Assembly (NCBI RefSeq): GCF_001194135.2
Contig: NC_068982.1
Coordinates: 25,259,535-25,309,762, forward strand
Source: Octopus bimaculoides
Lineage: Eukaryota
DNA: 50,228 nucleotides
Direction: 5' to 3'
The notes beneath the pieces are model-generated. The model saw nothing but the letters and a program-made list of their open reading frames with translations, ran no database searches and was not told where the DNA came from. Below, in pieces: positions 49,531 through 50,228 of the stretch. Position 1 is the first letter of the stretch; each line of letters opens with the position of its first letter. The position numbers were made by a program, and so were the translations under genes.

Positions 49531-49869
49531 AGTATTATAATTATTAGGGAAGTGCTGTCTTCGAATGAGTTTACTGAAAGTTTCAAATTCTTGGCATTCA
49601 AGTTGAATTTCAACACCATCTTCACCCTTTTTTTTATACGCCCCTGGTGCGGACGCTTTCGGACTTGCCGGGCGGGAAACCTTCACCATGATCGGGTATA
49701 GCTTGATGCTTGCTGTTAATTCTTTCCTTGTTGTGTTCCACCATGATTTGATGCGTCACTCGTGGGGTTCCCACGAGAGTTGTTATTGAGATCCCATCTC
49801 ACTCTTCCTCTCAATATTTGTATATACACGTGCACATGTATGTACATATATAATTATAATTATACACAC

Positions 49870-49882
49870 ATATATAATTATA

Positions 49883-49915
<33 letters not shown>

Positions 49916-50228
49916 GTTCAGTAGTTTTATTTTTATAACGTGCTTTCACTTCACTACCGAGCGCAGCTCTGTGCGCCTTTGGTATGTGCTGTGGTTTGCT
50001 GTGGTGCTCTTATGTTTACTGTATTGAAAGTGTTTTGCGTAGAATGTGTGCAGTACCCAGTAGTGCAATTTTCTGTATGTTATATATATTTGTAAGTCCT
50101 GGTGTTTTTGTTATGTATTTGTCTGAATATTTTTTTATTATACCTAAGGCACCTACTATGATAGGAATTGTTTCTGTTTTTAGATTCCACATTCGAGTTA
50201 CCTCTATTTCCAGGTATTTGTATTTTGA
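49870..50228 (-). mobile_element. R4/Dong-like 3' fragment, same subfamily as 23656-24000, with (TAA)n tail
   Basis: The minus strand reads KYKYLEIEVTRMWNLKTETIPIIVGALGIIKKYSDKYITKTPGLTNIYNIQKIALLGTAHILRKTLSIQ*, and it runs off the window edge. Confidence 0.88.

Noticed and set aside
1-50228. CRISPR arrays, operons or other prokaryotic systems
   Set aside because: There are no regularly spaced repeat-spacer arrays or dense ORFs, and the composition and repeats are those of an animal genome.

Overview
This is eukaryotic, AT-rich, repeat-dense and mostly non-coding DNA from a gapped scaffold; most of the 13 N-gaps sit next to microsatellites. Two SINE families resemble the octopus OR1/OR2 tRNA-derived SINEs, and the microsatellite load is very high, so an octopus (cephalopod) intronic or intergenic region is inferred. 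I recognise no intact host gene and no rRNA, true tRNA or CRISPR array, and most listed ORFs are artefacts of microsatellites or gaps. The window contains decayed Penelope-like elements (PLEs) of several types, R4/Dong-like, RTE-like, CR1-like and L1/Tx1-like LINE fragments, about 15 SINE copies, a small MITE and two candidate micro-exons. The most notable observation is a PLE whose 3' terminal repeat is built from a tRNA-like Pol III head, a trinucleotide microsatellite and a minimal hammerhead ribozyme. It is attached to a GIY-YIG ORF end at 47581-48350, with an inverted terminal copy and a target-site duplication. It also occurs as a SINE-like solo copy at 9899-10215, head-to-head with an inverted partial copy. 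Two further hammerhead-like motifs and a 669-bp tandem PLE derivative with an open 168-aa ORF are present. All family assignments come from manual motif recognition, not database searches.
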